From the NCBI RefSeq assembly GCF_040217025.1, contig NZ_JAVJOA010000001.1, forward strand, positions 104,528-168,527: 64,000 nt of DNA, in the 5' to 3' direction. How positions within the stretch are numbered: the stretch's first letter is position 1; the number at the start of each line of letters is the position of its first letter. The position numbers were made by a program, and so were the translations under genes. Positions 62,315 to 64,000 of the stretch are shown piece by piece. Origin of the DNA: Pseudohaliea sp. (lineage in GTDB: Bacteria; Pseudomonadota; Gammaproteobacteria; Pseudomonadales; Halieaceae). The notes under the pieces were generated by a model. That model saw only the letters and a program-made list of their open reading frames with translations. It was not told the DNA's origin and searched no databases.

Positions 62315-63387
62315 ACTGGCGCGCCTACCTGCTGCCCGGGCTCGTGTTTCAGTCCGTGATCATCGGTGGCGGCTACGCCACCGGGCGGGAGTTGGTCGAG
62401 TTCTTCCTGCCGGCGGGTCCACTCGGCGGGATCCTCGGCCTGCTCGTCGCCGGATTGGTCTTCGCCGTGGTGATGGGCACCGCCTACGAGTTCGCGCGAA
62501 TCACCGGCGCTCACGACTACCGCACCTTTACCCGCGCCCTGCTCGGCCGTGCCTGGCCGGTCTACGAACTGGCCTACCTGGTCCTGGTCATCCTGATCCT
62601 CGCCGTCATCGGCTCCGCAGCCGGTGAACTGGCGAACAGCGCCCTGGGCTGGCCAGCCTGGGCCGGTACCGTCGGCATGATGCTGCTGGTGGGCGTGCTG
62701 ACCTTCCTGGGGTCGTCGGCGATCGGCGGTGTGCTCGCGGGGTGGTCCGTGCTGCTCTACGCGGTCTACCTTCTCCTGTTCGGCCTGACCTTCCTCGACC
62801 ACGGACCGGCCATCGAGGCCGCGCTGCGCCAGCCCCCGGAGACGCGGGACTGGGCGCTCGCCGGCGTGCGCTATGCGGCCTACAACGCGAGTATTCCGGC
62901 GGTCCTGTTCTGCATGACCCTGCTCACCAACCGGCGCGAGGCCGTCGGCGCCGGTGTGATGACCGGGGTGATTGCCATCATTCCGGCACTTCTCTTCTAT
63001 CTCGCCATGCTGGCACACTACCCGCACATCGCGGCGGAGCCTGTGCCCGCGCTGTACCTGATGAGCGAACTGAATATTCCCTGGCTCGAGGCGCTGTTCC
63101 AGCTTGTCGTTTTCGGCACTTTCGTCGAGACCGGGGCCGGGGTGCTGCACGCGATCAACGAGCGGCTCGACGTCACCGCGAGGGAGCGAGGCGCAGGCCT
63201 GCCCCGCCGGGCCCGTGCCGCCGTTGCCCTGGGACTGTTCGTGCTGTCCGTTTACGGCGCAACAAGCTTTGGTATCGTGGCGCTCATCGCCCGGGGCTAC
63301 GGTCTGCTGAGCTGGACTTTCATCGTCGTCCTGATTCTGCCGCTCATGACCGTGGGGCTATGGCGCATCGTGCGCGGAACTGCTTGA
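62311..63387 (+). CDS. YkvI-family polytopic membrane protein (putative transporter)
   Basis: About 10 TM segments. IIGGGYATGRELVEFF resembles the YkvI N-terminal motif. The GTG start overlaps the upstream stop (GTGA). Confidence 0.7.
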   Translation: MNWRAYLLPGLVFQSVIIGGGYATGRELVEFFLPAGPLGGILGLLVAGLVFAVVMGTAYEFARITGAHDYRTFTRALLGRAWPVYELAYLVLVILILAVIGSAAGELANSALGWPAWAGTVGMMLLVGVLTFLGSSAIGGVLAGWSVLLYAVYLLLFGLTFLDHGPAIEAALRQPPETRDWALAGVRYAAYNASIPAVLFCMTLLTNRREAVGAGVMTGVIAIIPALLFYLAMLAHYPHIAAEPVPALYLMSELNIPWLEALFQLVVFGTFVETGAGVLHAINERLDVTARERGAGLPRRARAAVALGLFVLSVYGATSFGIVALIARGYGLLSWTFIVVLILPLMTVGLWRIVRGTA

Positions 63388-63396
63388 GGAGCTGAC

Positions 63397-64000
63397 ATGC
63401 CCACGCTGACCCTGAGAACACCGTTCCTGATCTTCGTCGGCGACGAGAGCCGGGTCACCTATGCCAAGACCGGCCGCGGCATCGTCGACTGGCGCCGGGA
63501 CCACTGCGCCGGCCAGCTGCGGCTGAGCGCCGGGGCCTGCGACCTGGGCCTGCCCGACATGACCGTGGCCGAGGCGGCGGGCGCCGGCGTCGGCTCCCTC
63601 GTCATCGGCACCGCGCTGGTCGGCGGCAGCATTCCGCCAGCCTGGATCGCCACCCTCACCGAGGCCGCGCGCGCCGGGCTCGATATCGTCGCCGGCCTGC
63701 ATACCCGCCTCGCCGGCATCCCCGAGCTGGCCGCAGCCGCCGCCGAAGGTGGCGCGAAGCTGGTCGATGTTCGCACGGCGCCTGCTGACCTGCCCGTCGG
63801 CAGCGGCAGGAAGCGCACCGGCATGCGGCTGCTCACGGTTGGCACGGACTGCGCGCTGGGCAAAAAGTACACCGCATTGCAGCTCGAGCGCGATATGCGC
63901 GCTGCAGGATTGTCGGCGGACTTCCGCGCGTCCGGCCAGACGGGGATCATGATCGCGGGCGAGGGCGTGCCCATCGACTGCGTCGTCGCCGATTTCATCT
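63397..64000 (+). CDS. DUF1611-family protein (DgcN-like D-glutamate N-acetyltransferase family), 3'-truncated by the window edge
   Basis: Not in the ORF track because no stop is reached. I translated it as MPTLTLRTPFLIFVGDE...GRGIVDWRRD...LLTVGTDCALGKKYTAL...GQTGIMIAG, which matches the DUF1611 pattern. GAGGA RBS. Confidence 0.75.
   Translation, partial: MPTLTLRTPFLIFVGDESRVTYAKTGRGIVDWRRDHCAGQLRLSAGACDLGLPDMTVAEAAGAGVGSLVIGTALVGGSIPPAWIATLTEAARAGLDIVAGLHTRLAGIPELAAAAAEGGAKLVDVRTAPADLPVGSGRKRTGMRLLTVGTDCALGKKYTALQLERDMRAAGLSADFRASGQTGIMIAGEGVPIDCVVADFI

Noticed and set aside
59194-63150. 457-aa (+, 59194-60567) and 297-aa (-, 62257-63150) ORFs, and the 94-codon upstream extension of the D-aminoacylase ORF (60305-60586)
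   Set aside because: They are antisense to the M19 dipeptidase and the YkvI-like gene, or cross a divergent promoter. The real D-aminoacylase start at 60587 has an AAGAGGAA RBS and a signal peptide.

Overview
This is a visibly GC-rich, gammaproteobacterium-like chromosomal segment. I support about 55 protein-coding genes and one tRNA-Ser(CGA). I recognised no rRNA, CRISPR array, transposase or integrase.

Gene content from left to right:
- A P-loop/ChaN/MocA-like trio, a GGDEF cyclase and a Sel1 protein.
- A glycine-zipper/PepSY/OmpR-type two-component operon facing an odd Arg/Trp/His/Asp-rich exported protein.
- ggt, an Lrp regulator and an arginine/ornithine succinyltransferase cluster (astC-astA-astD). 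It lacks astB and astE and carries a DUF1338 gene and an M20 hydrolase instead.
- cspA and an RND efflux pair.
- A truncated acyl-CoA dehydrogenase abutting an accessory block: AcpH, a kynureninase-like PLP enzyme, a PrnB/IDO-like protein and a ParDE-type toxin-antitoxin pair.
- DPP-IV, a methyltransferase, an exported VOC protein and an orphan gene behind a palindromic operator.
- A translationally coupled operon: chalcone-isomerase-like protein, JmjC oxygenase and RhlA/PhaG-like acyltransferase.
- An exported formamidase, tRNA-Ser, an MFS transporter, a 1048-aa BNR/sortilin-like protein, an ABC exporter and a TetR regulator.
- A TonB-receptor/acyl-CoA dehydrogenase/biotin-carboxylase catabolic island with a second TetR regulator.
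- A run of signal-peptide-bearing peptidases and amidases ending in a DUF1611 (DgcN-like) gene cut by the window edge.

The two best candidates for an undescribed system are the CHI-like/JmjC/RhlA-like operon (30.9-33.3 kb) and the PrnB-like/kynureninase-like/AcpH operon (22.6-25.5 kb).

All family calls rest on motifs and on alignments recalled from memory. No database search was run. Many long ORFs in the track are GC-driven shadow frames and are rejected.
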